In this document: piece after piece, positions 1 to 10,556 of the stretch
How the letters are laid out: each line of letters opens with the position of its first letter
Numbering within the stretch: the first letter of the stretch is position 1
DNA from: Rhizomicrobium sp.
Lineage (GTDB): Bacteria > Pseudomonadota > Alphaproteobacteria > Micropepsales > Micropepsaceae
DNA: 64,000 nucleotides
NCBI GenBank assembly: GCA_036264415.1
Contig: DATAQZ010000058.1
Span: 5,793 to 69,792, forward strand
Reading direction: 5' to 3'
Notes under the pieces: generated by a model
What the model saw: only the letters and a program-made list of their open reading frames with translations
Told to the model about the DNA's origin: nothing
The model's database searches: none
Made by a program: the position numbers and the translations under genes

Positions 1-15
1 GCTTCAGCTTGGCGC

Positions 16-930
16 TCACAGGCGTTCTCCCTTGCGAAGCGGGAATCCCCGCAGGAATTGCTTTGCGTCCTGTACATCCCGGCCGGCCCGCTGCAACCGG
101 GTAATCCGCAAGGCATCTTCTCCGCAGGCGACGGTCAGCGCGTCGTCCAGCAATTCGCCGGGCGCGCCGCGTCCTTCCGACGGTACAGCATAGAGGATTT
201 TCAGCCGTTCGCCGTGCGTCTGGCACCATGCGCCGGGCTGGGGCGAGAGACCACGAACCAGGCCATCGATTTCGCGGGCGGACCGCGACCAGTCGATCCG
301 GGTCTCCTCCTTCGCGATTTTTTTTGCATAGGTTGCGCCGTCGGTGCTCTGGGGCTGTTCGCTGAGGGAGCCGCGCTCGAGGGCGGCGAGTGTGCGCACG
401 ATGAGATCGGCGCCGAGGCGGGCGAGCTCGTCGTGCAACGCGCCATACGTCTTGCGATCGATGGGCACGCGCTCCGCCATCACGATCGGGCCGGTGTCGA
501 GGCCTTCCTCCATGCGCATCGCCATTACGCCCGTCTCGGTGTCGCCCGCGATGATCGCCCGCTGGATTGGTGCCGCGCCGCGCCAGCGCGGCAGGAGCGA
601 CGCGTGCAGATTGATGCAGCCGCGTTTCGGTGCATCGAGGACCGGTTTTGGCAACAAGAGCCCATAGGCGACGACGACGGCCGCATCCGGTTGCAGGGCG
701 GCGAAAGCCTGTTGTTCCTCGGAGGATTTCAGCGATTGCGGCGTGCGAACCTCCAATTCGTGCAGGGCGGCGATCTTTGCGACCGCTGAGGATTCCGCAG
801 CGAGGCCACGGCCTTTGGGCCGGGGCGGCTGGGTGTAGACGGCGGCGATTTCGTGACCGTGGCCGATCAGCTCGACAAGCGTGGGCACCGCAAACTCAGG
901 CGTGCCCATGAAGACGAGGCGGAGGCTCAC
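16..930 (-). CDS. fmt: methionyl-tRNA formyltransferase
   Basis: 304-aa ORF with N-terminal MGTPEFAVP and the [18 protein letters not shown] formyltransferase motif. Lies directly downstream of def, as in the conserved def-fmt operon. Confidence 0.93.
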   Translation of the reverse strand: MSLRLVFMGTPEFAVPTLVELIGHGHEIAAVYTQPPRPKGRGLAAESSAVAKIAALHELEVRTPQSLKSSEEQQAFAALQPDAAVVVAYGLLLPKPVLDAPKRGCINLHASLLPRWRGAAPIQRAIIAGDTETGVMAMRMEEGLDTGPIVMAERVPIDRKTYGALHDELARLGADLIVRTLAALERGSLSEQPQSTDGATYAKKIAKEETRIDWSRSAREIDGLVRGLSPQPGAWCQTHGERLKILYAVPSEGRGAPGELLDDALTVACGEDALRITRLQRAGRDVQDAKQFLRGFPLRKGERL

Positions 931-937
931 CTGGCGG

Positions 938-1456
938 TCAGCTCGCCTGTTTCAGACGCTGGGCCTTTGCAAGCTTCTTCAGCGCCATCGAGCGTTTGAG
1001 GCGCGAAAGATGATCGACAAACAGAGTGCCTTCGAGATGATCGATTTCGTGTTGAAGACAGGTGGCGAGGAGCCCTTCGGCTTCGAGCTTCTGCAGGCGG
1101 CCTTCACGGTCGAGATATTCCGCGCGGATCTGCGCCGGCCGCTCCACCTCTTCCCAGATGTCCGGCACCGAGAGGCAGCCTTCCTCGCAAACCACGGTGT
1201 CTTTGGAGGTCCAGAGTATCCTTGGATTGATGAAGACGCGCGGCTCGTTCTTGCCGTCCTTGCGCACCAGATCCATCACCAGAACGCGTTTGGGGACGCC
1301 GATCTGGATCGCGGCGAGGCCGATTCCGTCCGCCGCATACATGCTTTCCAGCATGTCGTCGGCGAGCCGGCGGGTGTCCGCATCGACGGCGCGGATCTCC
1401 TCCGACACAGCTTTGAGGCGCGGATCGGGGGCGATTAGGATCGGGCGGGGCGCCAT
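938..1456 (-). CDS. def: peptide deformylase
   Basis: All three deformylase motifs are present: [17 protein letters not shown] and QHEIDHLEG. The ORF extends to 1480, but [15 protein letters not shown] at 1456 matches the usual N-terminus. Confidence 0.9.
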   Translation of the reverse strand: MAPRPILIAPDPRLKAVSEEIRAVDADTRRLADDMLESMYAADGIGLAAIQIGVPKRVLVMDLVRKDGKNEPRVFINPRILWTSKDTVVCEEGCLSVPDIWEEVERPAQIRAEYLDREGRLQKLEAEGLLATCLQHEIDHLEGTLFVDHLSRLKRSMALKKLAKAQRLKQAS

Positions 1457-1512
1457 GAGTCGGAGATAGGCGAGCCCCATTTGCGGGTCAAGACGAGGGG
1501 TTTTGGAGGGCT

Positions 1513-2592
1513 ATGGAGACATTTCCGACGGCCCTGATCATGGCGCTGCTTCTGGTCGCGGGCGCTCTTTTTGCGCTGGTTTACGCGCTTTCGCGCCGCG
1601 CCCGCGCTCCGGCCGAGGCGAGCAGCCTTGTCTCGGCCCGGCTCGAGGCGGTCGCGGCGGCGCAGAACGAGATTTCCGGGCGCTTCGCACAGGCGTTAGC
1701 CGGGCAAACGGAGCTGCAGACGCTGCTCGCCGGGCGCCTCGACGCGCTCGACCGTCGGCTGGGCGAGAGCCTGACCGAAACCGCGAGCCGCACCGCCCAA
1801 ACCCTCGGCGGAATCCAGAACCGCCTCAACGTCATCGACGAAGCCCAGAAGAACATCACCGCGCTTTCCGGGCAGGTGGTCAGCCTGCAGCAGATCCTCG
1901 CCAACAAGCAGGCGCGCGGCGCGTTCGGGCAGCAGCAGATGGAAGCGATCGTTGCCGACACACTCCCCTCCAGCCTGTACAGCTTTCAGGCGCCCTTATC
2001 GAACGGCAGCCGGCCGGACTGTCTCATCCATGTACCGAATGCGAAGGCGGCGATCGTCATCGATTCCAAATTTCCGCTGGAGAGCTTTGCGCTGTTGCGC
2101 GCGGCGGCCGAGAGCGAAAGAAAAACGGCCGTTTCTTCCGTCAAGGCCGATGTGCTGAAGCACGTGAAGGATATCGCCTCCAAATACCTGATCCCCGGCG
2201 AGACCCAGTCCCCCGCCATCATGTTCGTGCCGTCCGAATCGGTCTACGCGGATCTTCACGAATTCTGTCCCGATGTCTTCCAGCGGGCATTGCGCGAGCA
2301 GGTGGTGATCGTGTCGCCGAGCATCCTGATGCTCGCGGTGATGACGGTTCAGACGGTCATGAAGGACGCGCGTATGCGCGAACAGGCGAGCCTGATCCAG
2401 AAGGAAGTGGGACTCTTGATGCTGGATACGAAACGCCTCGCCGATCGCGTGCTGGCGTTGCAAAGGCATTTTGCTCAAGGCGAGGTGGACCTTAAGGAGA
2501 TCGTCACATCGACGGAAAAGATCGTCCGCCGCGCGGGCAGCATCGAGGCCGTCGAGCTCACGCCCCCCGAACCACGACAACTCGAAGGATAA
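1513..2592 (+). CDS. rmuC: DNA recombination protein RmuC
   Basis: 359 aa with an N-terminal membrane helix, a long coiled-coil-like region and a C-terminal block (PDCLIHVPNAKAAIVIDSKFPLESF, AIMFVPSESVYADL) typical of the RmuC family. Confidence 0.8.
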   Translation: METFPTALIMALLLVAGALFALVYALSRRARAPAEASSLVSARLEAVAAAQNEISGRFAQALAGQTELQTLLAGRLDALDRRLGESLTETASRTAQTLGGIQNRLNVIDEAQKNITALSGQVVSLQQILANKQARGAFGQQQMEAIVADTLPSSLYSFQAPLSNGSRPDCLIHVPNAKAAIVIDSKFPLESFALLRAAAESERKTAVSSVKADVLKHVKDIASKYLIPGETQSPAIMFVPSESVYADLHEFCPDVFQRALREQVVIVSPSILMLAVMTVQTVMKDARMREQASLIQKEVGLLMLDTKRLADRVLALQRHFAQGEVDLKEIVTSTEKIVRRAGSIEAVELTPPEPRQLEG

Positions 2593-2698
2593 GACGGTCA
2601 AGAAATGATTCACGCGGAGGCGCGGAGCCGCAGAGGAGAAATTGAAAATAAGGCTGTCGTTCCCGCGACGGCAGCCGGACTCGTTAAGATGGAATCAG

Positions 2699-2766
2699 CC
2701 TCACCCTTCGACAGGCTCAGTGTGAGGCTTTTGGGCCCCCATCCTGAGCTGGTCGAAGGATGAGGG
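2699..2766. repeat. pair of inverted short hairpin repeat units (conserved-loop family)
   Basis: CCTCACCCTTCGACAGGCTCAGTGTGAGG followed by CCATCCTGAGCTGGTCGAAGGATGAGGG. The loop core GAGCYKGTCGAA recurs at many intergenic sites in this window. Confidence 0.8.
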
Positions 2767-2887
2767 CGATCGCGTTTGAACGGATCACGCGCTAGCGCGC
2801 AAGCGGGGGACGGCGATGCGTAGAGCGGGAAAACGTGTATTGCTGCGACCACTGCGCTGCCTCCGCGTCCGCTGCGCTGAGCTTTGT

Positions 2888-3454
2888 TCAGAACAGGTAA
2901 GCTGATCCCAGCAGTACGAGGCCGCCGACGCCAAACGCGGTCGCCGCGTACCACAGCCAGTGCCGCCGCGTGATGATGGCCACGGTCGACATGGCGATGC
3001 CGATTTCGAACAGCGTTGCAGCGCCGGTGAGCCAGTGGTGGCGGCCCTCATGAGCCTGACTCTCCTTGCCGAGCGCGTCGCGCTCCCTCTCGAAATCGAG
3101 CGCTTGCTCCTTGTCCTTGTCCTGCTTCGCGCCTTCCTTCTTTGCCGTCTTGCCGTAGCTCGCGGCCAGCGCGCCGCCCGATCCCGAGGCAATCGTGTAG
3201 ATATGGCGTTTGAGACCGTCGGCCTGGAATTCGTTCCACAAATCCGTCGCCTGGTCCTGCTTCAGCACCGCCTCGCTCGCAGCGCCAAGCGCCTTTCCGC
3301 CTTCGACCGTTTCCAGGCTCCCCGCCACCGCTGCCAGAACGGCCAGCACGGCGACGGTTATCGTGATCTTGGAAATAAACGGGTCGCGTTCGTGCGCCGC
3401 ATGCTCGGCGTGTTCGGTGTGCTCGTGCGCGTCGAGCGCCGGATCGTGTGCCAT
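2888..3454 (-). CDS. DUF4337-like membrane protein
   Basis: 188-aa product starting MAHDPALDAHEHTEH, with one central and one C-terminal hydrophobic helix. The upstream 190 codons of the ORF-track entry look like a non-coding high-GC extension. Family name is from memory. Confidence 0.6.
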   Translation of the reverse strand: MAHDPALDAHEHTEHAEHAAHERDPFISKITITVAVLAVLAAVAGSLETVEGGKALGAASEAVLKQDQATDLWNEFQADGLKRHIYTIASGSGGALAASYGKTAKKEGAKQDKDKEQALDFERERDALGKESQAHEGRHHWLTGAATLFEIGIAMSTVAIITRRHWLWYAATAFGVGGLVLLGSAYLF

Positions 3455-3526
3455 AGTCCCCCTCCGCCGGGAATAGTCTCCCGCGCCTATAATGGCGCGC
3501 GACGAGCGGCTCAAGCCGGGTGAAAG

Positions 3527-3934
3527 ATGACGCGATTGTGGGGCATTCTGGCGCTGCTGACGTTGACCGGCTGCGCGCCCGCGGCTTCGCGGTGCCTCGT
3601 TGATTCGCAAGCGCCGATGACGGTCGTCGAACTCTTCTTCGGCCGCGACATTCCGGGGCGTGCGCCGCTCTCCGACGGCGAATGGTCGGATTTTGCTTCG
3701 ACCGTCGTCGCGAAGGAATTTCCCGAAGGCTTCACCGTGACGGACGGGGAGGGCGAGTGGCGCGATCCCGCGACGCACGCCGTCATCCGCGAACACACAA
3801 AAATCCTGATCGTCGCTGCGCCGCGATCGGCCGACCTCGCTTTCCGGATTTCCCGGATCCGTCACGCCTACAGCGTTGCTTATCAGCAGACCTCCGTGGG
3901 CGTACTGACATACGATGCCTGCGGCGAATTCTGA
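3527..3934 (+). CDS. DUF3574-like lipoprotein
   Basis: 135 aa with the lipobox LLTLTGC. The VELFFGRD...GEW..F....V...FPEGFTV block resembles DUF3574. Family name is from memory. Confidence 0.6.
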   Translation: MTRLWGILALLTLTGCAPAASRCLVDSQAPMTVVELFFGRDIPGRAPLSDGEWSDFASTVVAKEFPEGFTVTDGEGEWRDPATHAVIREHTKILIVAAPRSADLAFRISRIRHAYSVAYQQTSVGVLTYDACGEF

Positions 3935-3942
3935 GGTCCTCC

Positions 3943-4479
3943 ATGATCGAAACCGAACGCCTGCTCTTGCGCCCGTGGCGCGAAGAGGATGTCGCGGAAT
4001 TTGCGCGCGTGACCAACACACCGGCGGTGATGGAATTTCTCGGCGGTGTGAAAGAGCCGGAGGCGTTTCGGGGCTCGTTCGAACGTGTAAGCGCCAGTCA
4101 GGTAAAGAACGGATTCTGTTTCTGGATTGTCGAGCGGCGGAGCGACGGTGCCCTGCTCGGCTTTTGCGGGTTGAAGCTCGGCAACACGCCGCCCATCGTT
4201 GGCGAAATCGAAATCGGCTGGCGCCTGCGCGAAGATGCGTGGGGACAGGGCTATGCGCGCGAAGCAGCCACGGCGACGCTCGACTGGGCGTGGCGCAATC
4301 TCGATTGCGACCGCGTCGTTGCGATCACCGCAGCGGGCAACAAGAGAAGCTGGGGGCTGATGGAACGCCTCGGCATGCAGCGATTGCGCGACATGGATTT
4401 CGAGCATCCCGACGTGCCGGCCGGAAACAAAGCCAAAGCGCACATTACCTATGCGATCGAGCGGCGGGTCGTGGGCTAA
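3943..4479 (+). CDS. GNAT family N-acetyltransferase (RimJ/RimL-like)
   Basis: Starts MIETERLLLRPWREEDV, the typical RimJ/L-type N-terminus, and has a QGYAREA acetyl-CoA-binding region. The in-frame ATG at 3943 was chosen over the longer track ORF. Confidence 0.8.
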   Translation: MIETERLLLRPWREEDVAEFARVTNTPAVMEFLGGVKEPEAFRGSFERVSASQVKNGFCFWIVERRSDGALLGFCGLKLGNTPPIVGEIEIGWRLREDAWGQGYAREAATATLDWAWRNLDCDRVVAITAAGNKRSWGLMERLGMQRLRDMDFEHPDVPAGNKAKAHITYAIERRVVG

Positions 4480-4542
4480 CGCACTGCATTTTTTTCTGGT
4501 CTCGCCCGACTGCGGCCGAGACGGCCGCAGTCCCAGGGAGGA

Positions 4543-5208
4543 TTGCCGCGATGGAACGCCTCTGCGCGCGAACCATTTGCGACGGTGATGGTCCGCGCAG
4601 CTGCCCTGAAAAAAACCGACGCTCTCGCGGATTGGGCAGCCGTACGCGACGAGGCGCGGGGCTGCCGCGCCTGCGATCTGTGGCGGCCTGCCACACAAAC
4701 GGTGTTCGGCGAAGGGCCGGTGCACGCGCCGCTGATGTTCGTGGGCGAGCAGCCGGGCGACAAGGAGGACATCGCCGGCAAGCCATTCGTCGGACCGGCG
4801 GGCCGCATTCTCGATCGCGCCCTTGGCGATGCCGGGATCGCCCGCGACAAGGCCTACGTCACCAATGCGGTGAAGCACTTCAAATTCGCGCGGCGCGGCA
4901 AAATCCGCCTGCACCAGAAGCCCGACACCGCCGAGATCAAGGCCTGCAATCAATGGCTGGCGCGCGAGCGCGCGATCGTGCAGCCCCGGCTCGTCATTGC
5001 CATGGGCGCGACGGCCGTGCGCGGGGTGTTCGGGAAGGCCATGCCGATCGGGAAGAACCGGGGCCGCCTGCTTGCGCTGGGCGAGGGCGCCAAAGGCCTG
5101 ATCACCGTGCATCCCTCCTACCTTCTCCGCGTCGAGGAGGAGGACAAGGAGCGCGAATACCTGGCCTTCGTGGCCGACCTGCGCCTCGCCGCGCCCTTCG
5201 CCTGCTAA
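4543..5208 (+). CDS. family-4-type uracil-DNA glycosylase superfamily protein, UdgX-like
   Basis: CRACDLW, FGEGP, GEQPGDKED (motif A) and HPSYLLR (motif B) are present. The insertion HFKFARRGKIRLHQKP resembles the UdgX KRRIH loop. The start is uncertain (TTG 4543, GTG 4585 or ATG 4588). Confidence 0.7.
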   Translation: MPRWNASAREPFATVMVRAAALKKTDALADWAAVRDEARGCRACDLWRPATQTVFGEGPVHAPLMFVGEQPGDKEDIAGKPFVGPAGRILDRALGDAGIARDKAYVTNAVKHFKFARRGKIRLHQKPDTAEIKACNQWLARERAIVQPRLVIAMGATAVRGVFGKAMPIGKNRGRLLALGEGAKGLITVHPSYLLRVEEEDKEREYLAFVADLRLAAPFAC

Positions 5209-6546
<1,338 letters not shown>

Positions 6547-6550
6547 CGAG

Positions 6551-7564
6551 ATGGCGCGGATGAACATGATCCAGGCGCTCAACTCCGCCATGGATGTGAT
6601 GCTGGGCCGCGATCCCGATGTGCTCGTCTTCGGCGAGGACGTGGGTTACTTCGGCGGCGTGTTCCGCGCGACCGACGGACTGCAGAAGAAGTATGGCGCG
6701 ACGCGCTGCTTCGATGCCCCGATCGCCGAAGGCGGCCTTGTCGCGGTCGCCATCGGAATGGGCGCCTACGGTTTGCGGCCGTGCCTCGAAATTCAATTCG
6801 CCGATTACATCTATCCGGCCTTCGACCAGATCGTGTCCGAAGCGGCGCGGTTGCGCTACCGCTCGGCGGGCGATTTCGCAGCCCCGATCACCATCCGTAC
6901 GCCCTATGGCGGCGGCATTTTCGGCGGACAGACGCACAGCCAGAGTCCCGAAGCCCTGTTCGCGCATGTCGCCGGGTTGAAGACGGTGATTCCGTCGACG
7001 CCTTACGACGCCAAAGGTCTTCTGATCAGCGCGATCGAAGATGACGATCCGGTGATCTTCCTCGAGCCCAAACGCATCTACAATGGTCCTTTCGACGGCC
7101 ATCACGACCGTCCGGTCTCGCCCTGGTCGCAGCATCCGGCGGGCGAAGTGCCCGAGGATTACTACAATGTGCCGCTCGGGAAGTCCGCGATCGTGCGCGA
7201 GGGCAACGACCTGACGCTGCTTGCCTATGGCACGATGGTGCATGTGGGCCGCGCCGCCGCGGAAGAAAGCGGCATCGATGCCGAAGTGATCGACCTCCGC
7301 ACGCTCGTGCCGCTCGACGCCGAAACGATCACCGGATCGGTTGCGAAGACCGGACGCTGCGTCATCGTGCACGAGGCGACGCGCACGGCGGGATTTGGCG
7401 CCGAATTGTCTGCGCTCGTGCAGGAAAGCTGCTTTTATCATCTCGAGGCGCCGATCGAGCGCGTCACCGGCTGGGACACGCCCTATCCGCACGCCTTCGA
7501 ATGGCACTATTTTCCAGGACCGGCGCGCGTGATCGAAGCGATGCGGCGCGCGATGAAGGGCTGA
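6551..7564 (+). CDS. bkdA2: branched-chain 2-oxoacid dehydrogenase E1 beta subunit
   Basis: 337 aa of transketolase-like pyrimidine-binding and C-terminal domains (FDAPIAEGG, TPYGGG). Starts 4 nt after the E1 alpha stop. Confidence 0.9.
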   Translation: MARMNMIQALNSAMDVMLGRDPDVLVFGEDVGYFGGVFRATDGLQKKYGATRCFDAPIAEGGLVAVAIGMGAYGLRPCLEIQFADYIYPAFDQIVSEAARLRYRSAGDFAAPITIRTPYGGGIFGGQTHSQSPEALFAHVAGLKTVIPSTPYDAKGLLISAIEDDDPVIFLEPKRIYNGPFDGHHDRPVSPWSQHPAGEVPEDYYNVPLGKSAIVREGNDLTLLAYGTMVHVGRAAAEESGIDAEVIDLRTLVPLDAETITGSVAKTGRCVIVHEATRTAGFGAELSALVQESCFYHLEAPIERVTGWDTPYPHAFEWHYFPGPARVIEAMRRAMKG

Positions 7565-7567
7565 ACC

Positions 7568-8908
7568 ATGGGGCGCTATGTTTTCAAACTGCCGGATGTC
7601 GGCGAAGGAACGGCCGAAGCGGAAATCGTCGCCTGGCATGTCAAAGTGGGCGACAAGATCGAGGAGGACCAGAATCTCGTTGATGTCATGACGGACAAGG
7701 CGACGGTCGAAATGACCTCGCCGGTGTCAGGCGTGGTGATGTCGCTGCACGGGGAACCGGGCGAGATGGCGACCGTCGGGGCTCCGCTCGTCGAACTCGA
7801 TGTCGAAGGTGCAGGCAATGCCCCATCCGCTGCAGCGGCTCCCGCCAAAGCCAAGGTCGAGTCTCCCAAACCATCGCCGAAGCCCGACTCCAGGGGTGCA
7901 AGTCAGGAGAAAGGCGAAGATCACAAGCAAAGCGCGGAGACGAATGTGATTCCCCTCGCCCAGGCGGCGGGAGAGGGGAAGGCCGCGGAGGTGGGGAGAA
8001 AAACGGCAACAGCGCCCGCGTTTGCAACCCGTGCCCCTGGTACAAAACCGCTGGCTTCGCCTGCCGTGCGCCGGCGCGCCGAAGAACTCGGTGTCCGCCT
8101 GCAGTTCGTTCCCGGCAGCGGTCCCGCCGGACGCATCGAGCACGCCGATGTCGATGCGTACATCGCCTCCGGTGGCAAAGCCGGGGTGACGCGCGGCGGC
8201 TATGCACAGCGCGACGGGATCGAAGAGATCAAGGTGATCGGGCTCCGGCGCAAGATTGCCGAAAAGATGCAGGAATCCAAACGCCGCATCCCGCACTTCG
8301 CCTATGTCGAAGAGGTCGACATGACGGAGCTTGAGGATTTGCGGGCGCATCTCAACGCTACGCGGGGGGACCGGCCGAAATTATCTTTGCTTCCCTTCCT
8401 GATGCGCGGCCTCGCGCGCCTTTTGCCGGAATATCCGCAGATCAATGCGCGGTTCGATGACGAAGCCGGCCTCGTCCATCGTTACGCAGCCGTACACATC
8501 GGTATTGCGACGCAGACCGCGAACGGCCTGATCGTTCCGGTGGTCCGCCACGCCGAAGCGCTGGATATCTGGGAGGCGGCAAGCGAGGTGATGCGGCTTG
8601 CGCGGCTGACGCGCGAGGGCAAGGCTGCCCGCGACGATCTCTCCGGTTCGACCATCACCATCACGAGTCTCGGCGCGCTCGGCGGCGTCGTCACCACGCC
8701 GGTGATCAATCGCCCGGAAGTCGCAATCATCGGACCAAACGCCATTGTGGAACGTCCGGTGGTGCGGGAGCGGCGGATCGTCGTTCGCAAGATGATGAAT
8801 CTGTCTTCGTCCTTCGACCATCGCGTGGTGGACGGCTACGACGCTGCCGAATTCATCCAGCGCCTGAAATTGCTGCTCGAACATCCCGCCACGCTGTTCA
8901 TGGACTGA
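7568..8908 (+). CDS. bkdB: dihydrolipoamide branched-chain transacylase E2
   Basis: Lipoyl domain with VMTDKATVEM, an Ala/Pro-rich linker, a peripheral subunit-binding domain (ASPAVRRRAEELGV) and the catalytic SSFDHRVVDG. Confidence 0.92.
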   Translation: MGRYVFKLPDVGEGTAEAEIVAWHVKVGDKIEEDQNLVDVMTDKATVEMTSPVSGVVMSLHGEPGEMATVGAPLVELDVEGAGNAPSAAAAPAKAKVESPKPSPKPDSRGASQEKGEDHKQSAETNVIPLAQAAGEGKAAEVGRKTATAPAFATRAPGTKPLASPAVRRRAEELGVRLQFVPGSGPAGRIEHADVDAYIASGGKAGVTRGGYAQRDGIEEIKVIGLRRKIAEKMQESKRRIPHFAYVEEVDMTELEDLRAHLNATRGDRPKLSLLPFLMRGLARLLPEYPQINARFDDEAGLVHRYAAVHIGIATQTANGLIVPVVRHAEALDIWEAASEVMRLARLTREGKAARDDLSGSTITITSLGALGGVVTTPVINRPEVAIIGPNAIVERPVVRERRIVVRKMMNLSSSFDHRVVDGYDAAEFIQRLKLLLEHPATLFMD

Positions 8909-9027
8909 GATGCGCGGAAAAAGTTCACCACGGAGACACAGAGAGCACCGAGCACCCGATGGCGCGCCGATGGCGCGCAGAACATTTCTCTGTGTGGTTG
9001 ATTCCCTTTCTTCACGGCGCGGCCATT

Positions 9028-10437
9028 ATGGCTGAAGCGTTAAGAACCAAAGTTCTGGTCGTTGGCGGGGGGCCGGGCGGCTATGTGGCGGCCATCCGCG
9101 CGGGTCAGCTCGGGCTCGATACGACGCTCGTCGAAGCCGACAGGCTGGGCGGCACCTGCCTCATCCGCGGCTGCATTCCGTCCAAGGCAATGATTCACGT
9201 CGCGGGCGAATACGAAACCATGCAGCGGGCTGCGAAGAAACCGCGGCACGGCATTGCGCTTTCGTCGCCACCGTCGCTCGACATGCCCGAGCTGGTGCGC
9301 TGGAAAGAGGGCGTCGTCAACAAGCTCAGCAACGGCGTCGCCGCGCTCTGCAAACGCGCCAAGGTGCGCGTACTTTCGGGCTGGGCACAGTTTTCCGATG
9401 CCAAGACCTGTACCATCGAAGGCAAGGACAACGTGACGGTCACCGCCGACCATGTTGTTCTCGCCAACGGCTCCGTTTCCTCGGAGCTCCCTTTTCTGCG
9501 GTTCGGTGGACCGGTGATCTCCTCGAGCGAGGCGCTGTCGCTGGACGCGGTACCGAAAAAGCTGGTCGTCATCGGCGCGGGGTATATCGGTCTCGAGCTC
9601 GGCATCGCGCTGCGCAAAATGGGATCGGAGGTCACGGTCGTCGAAGCCCTCGACCGCATCCTGCCGCTGTTCGACGTTGAGCTCTCCGCGCCCGTCAAGA
9701 AATGGCTTGGCCGCAACGGCGTAACTGTACATCTCGGCGCGACGGCGAAAGCGCTTGTCAGCGAAAAAGGCGAGCATGCGCTGGCGATCGAAACCGCGGG
9801 CGGCAGGACAGAGCATCTTCCGGCCGACAAGATTCTCGTCACCGTTGGACGCAGGCCGCTCACCGAAGGCTGGGGACTCGAAAACATGGCCGTCGAGATG
9901 AACGGCCGGTTCGTACGCGTGGACGATCAGTGCCGCACCTCGATGAAGGATGTCTGGGCCATCGGCGATCTCGTCGGTGAGCCGCTGCTCGCGCACAAAG
10001 GCATGGCGCAGGGCGAGATGGTGGCGGAGATCATCGCCGGCCAGCGCCGGAAATTCGATCCCGTGGCGATCGCCGCAGTCTGCTTCACCGAGCCGGAAAT
10101 CGTTTCGGCCGGCGTTGCGCCCGGCGACCCCGCGACAGTCGATACCGAAATCATGAGCGCGATGTTTCCCTTCGCCGCGAACGGCCGGGCACTGACCATG
10201 GATGCGGGCGACGACGGCGGATTCGTGCGCGTACTGGCGCGTAAGGACGATCACCGGATTCTCGGCATTCAGGCGGTAGGGGGCCATGTGTCGGAACTCG
10301 CAGGCGAATTCGCGCTCGCCCTCGAAATGGGCGCGCGGCTCGAGGACATCGCCGGCACGATCCACGTCCACCCGACGCTCGGCGAAGCGTTCCACGAAAC
10401 CGCCCTGCGCACCCTGGGCCATGCGTTACACATCTAG
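9028..10437 (+). CDS. lpdV: dihydrolipoyl dehydrogenase E3
   Basis: GGGPGGY FAD motif, redox disulfide GGTCLIRGCIPSK and C-terminal HVHPTLGE. Start taken at MAEALRTKVLVVGGG. Confidence 0.92.
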   Translation: MAEALRTKVLVVGGGPGGYVAAIRAGQLGLDTTLVEADRLGGTCLIRGCIPSKAMIHVAGEYETMQRAAKKPRHGIALSSPPSLDMPELVRWKEGVVNKLSNGVAALCKRAKVRVLSGWAQFSDAKTCTIEGKDNVTVTADHVVLANGSVSSELPFLRFGGPVISSSEALSLDAVPKKLVVIGAGYIGLELGIALRKMGSEVTVVEALDRILPLFDVELSAPVKKWLGRNGVTVHLGATAKALVSEKGEHALAIETAGGRTEHLPADKILVTVGRRPLTEGWGLENMAVEMNGRFVRVDDQCRTSMKDVWAIGDLVGEPLLAHKGMAQGEMVAEIIAGQRRKFDPVAIAAVCFTEPEIVSAGVAPGDPATVDTEIMSAMFPFAANGRALTMDAGDDGGFVRVLARKDDHRILGIQAVGGHVSELAGEFALALEMGARLEDIAGTIHVHPTLGEAFHETALRTLGHALHI

Positions 10438-10556
10438 GTTCACGAAACTCACCACGCGCTAGGACAGACTCGCCATAGATTTTGTCGCGTCCGTCTGCCT
10501 CGTTGCTGCCATTGTGTGGTCGGTTTTAGTCTCGACCCTGGAAACGCGAGCATCGA

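Noticed and set aside
2888-4021. N-terminally extended versions of several track ORFs: 2888-4021, 20789-22933, 31944-33566, 33032-33814, 48497-49165, 29106-31220 and 3682-4479.
   Set aside because: The recognisable protein begins at an internal ATG or GTG with a signal peptide or conserved N-terminus. The upstream parts overlap neighbouring genes or repeats and have non-protein-like composition.
8909-8960. CACGGAG/CGCGGAG-type short repeats (2610-2640, 8925-8950, 11775-11860, 27966-27990), considered as a separate functional element.
   Set aside because: They are real but short and degenerate. I could not define consistent boundaries or structure from the few copies here, so they are mentioned only as background repeat sequence.
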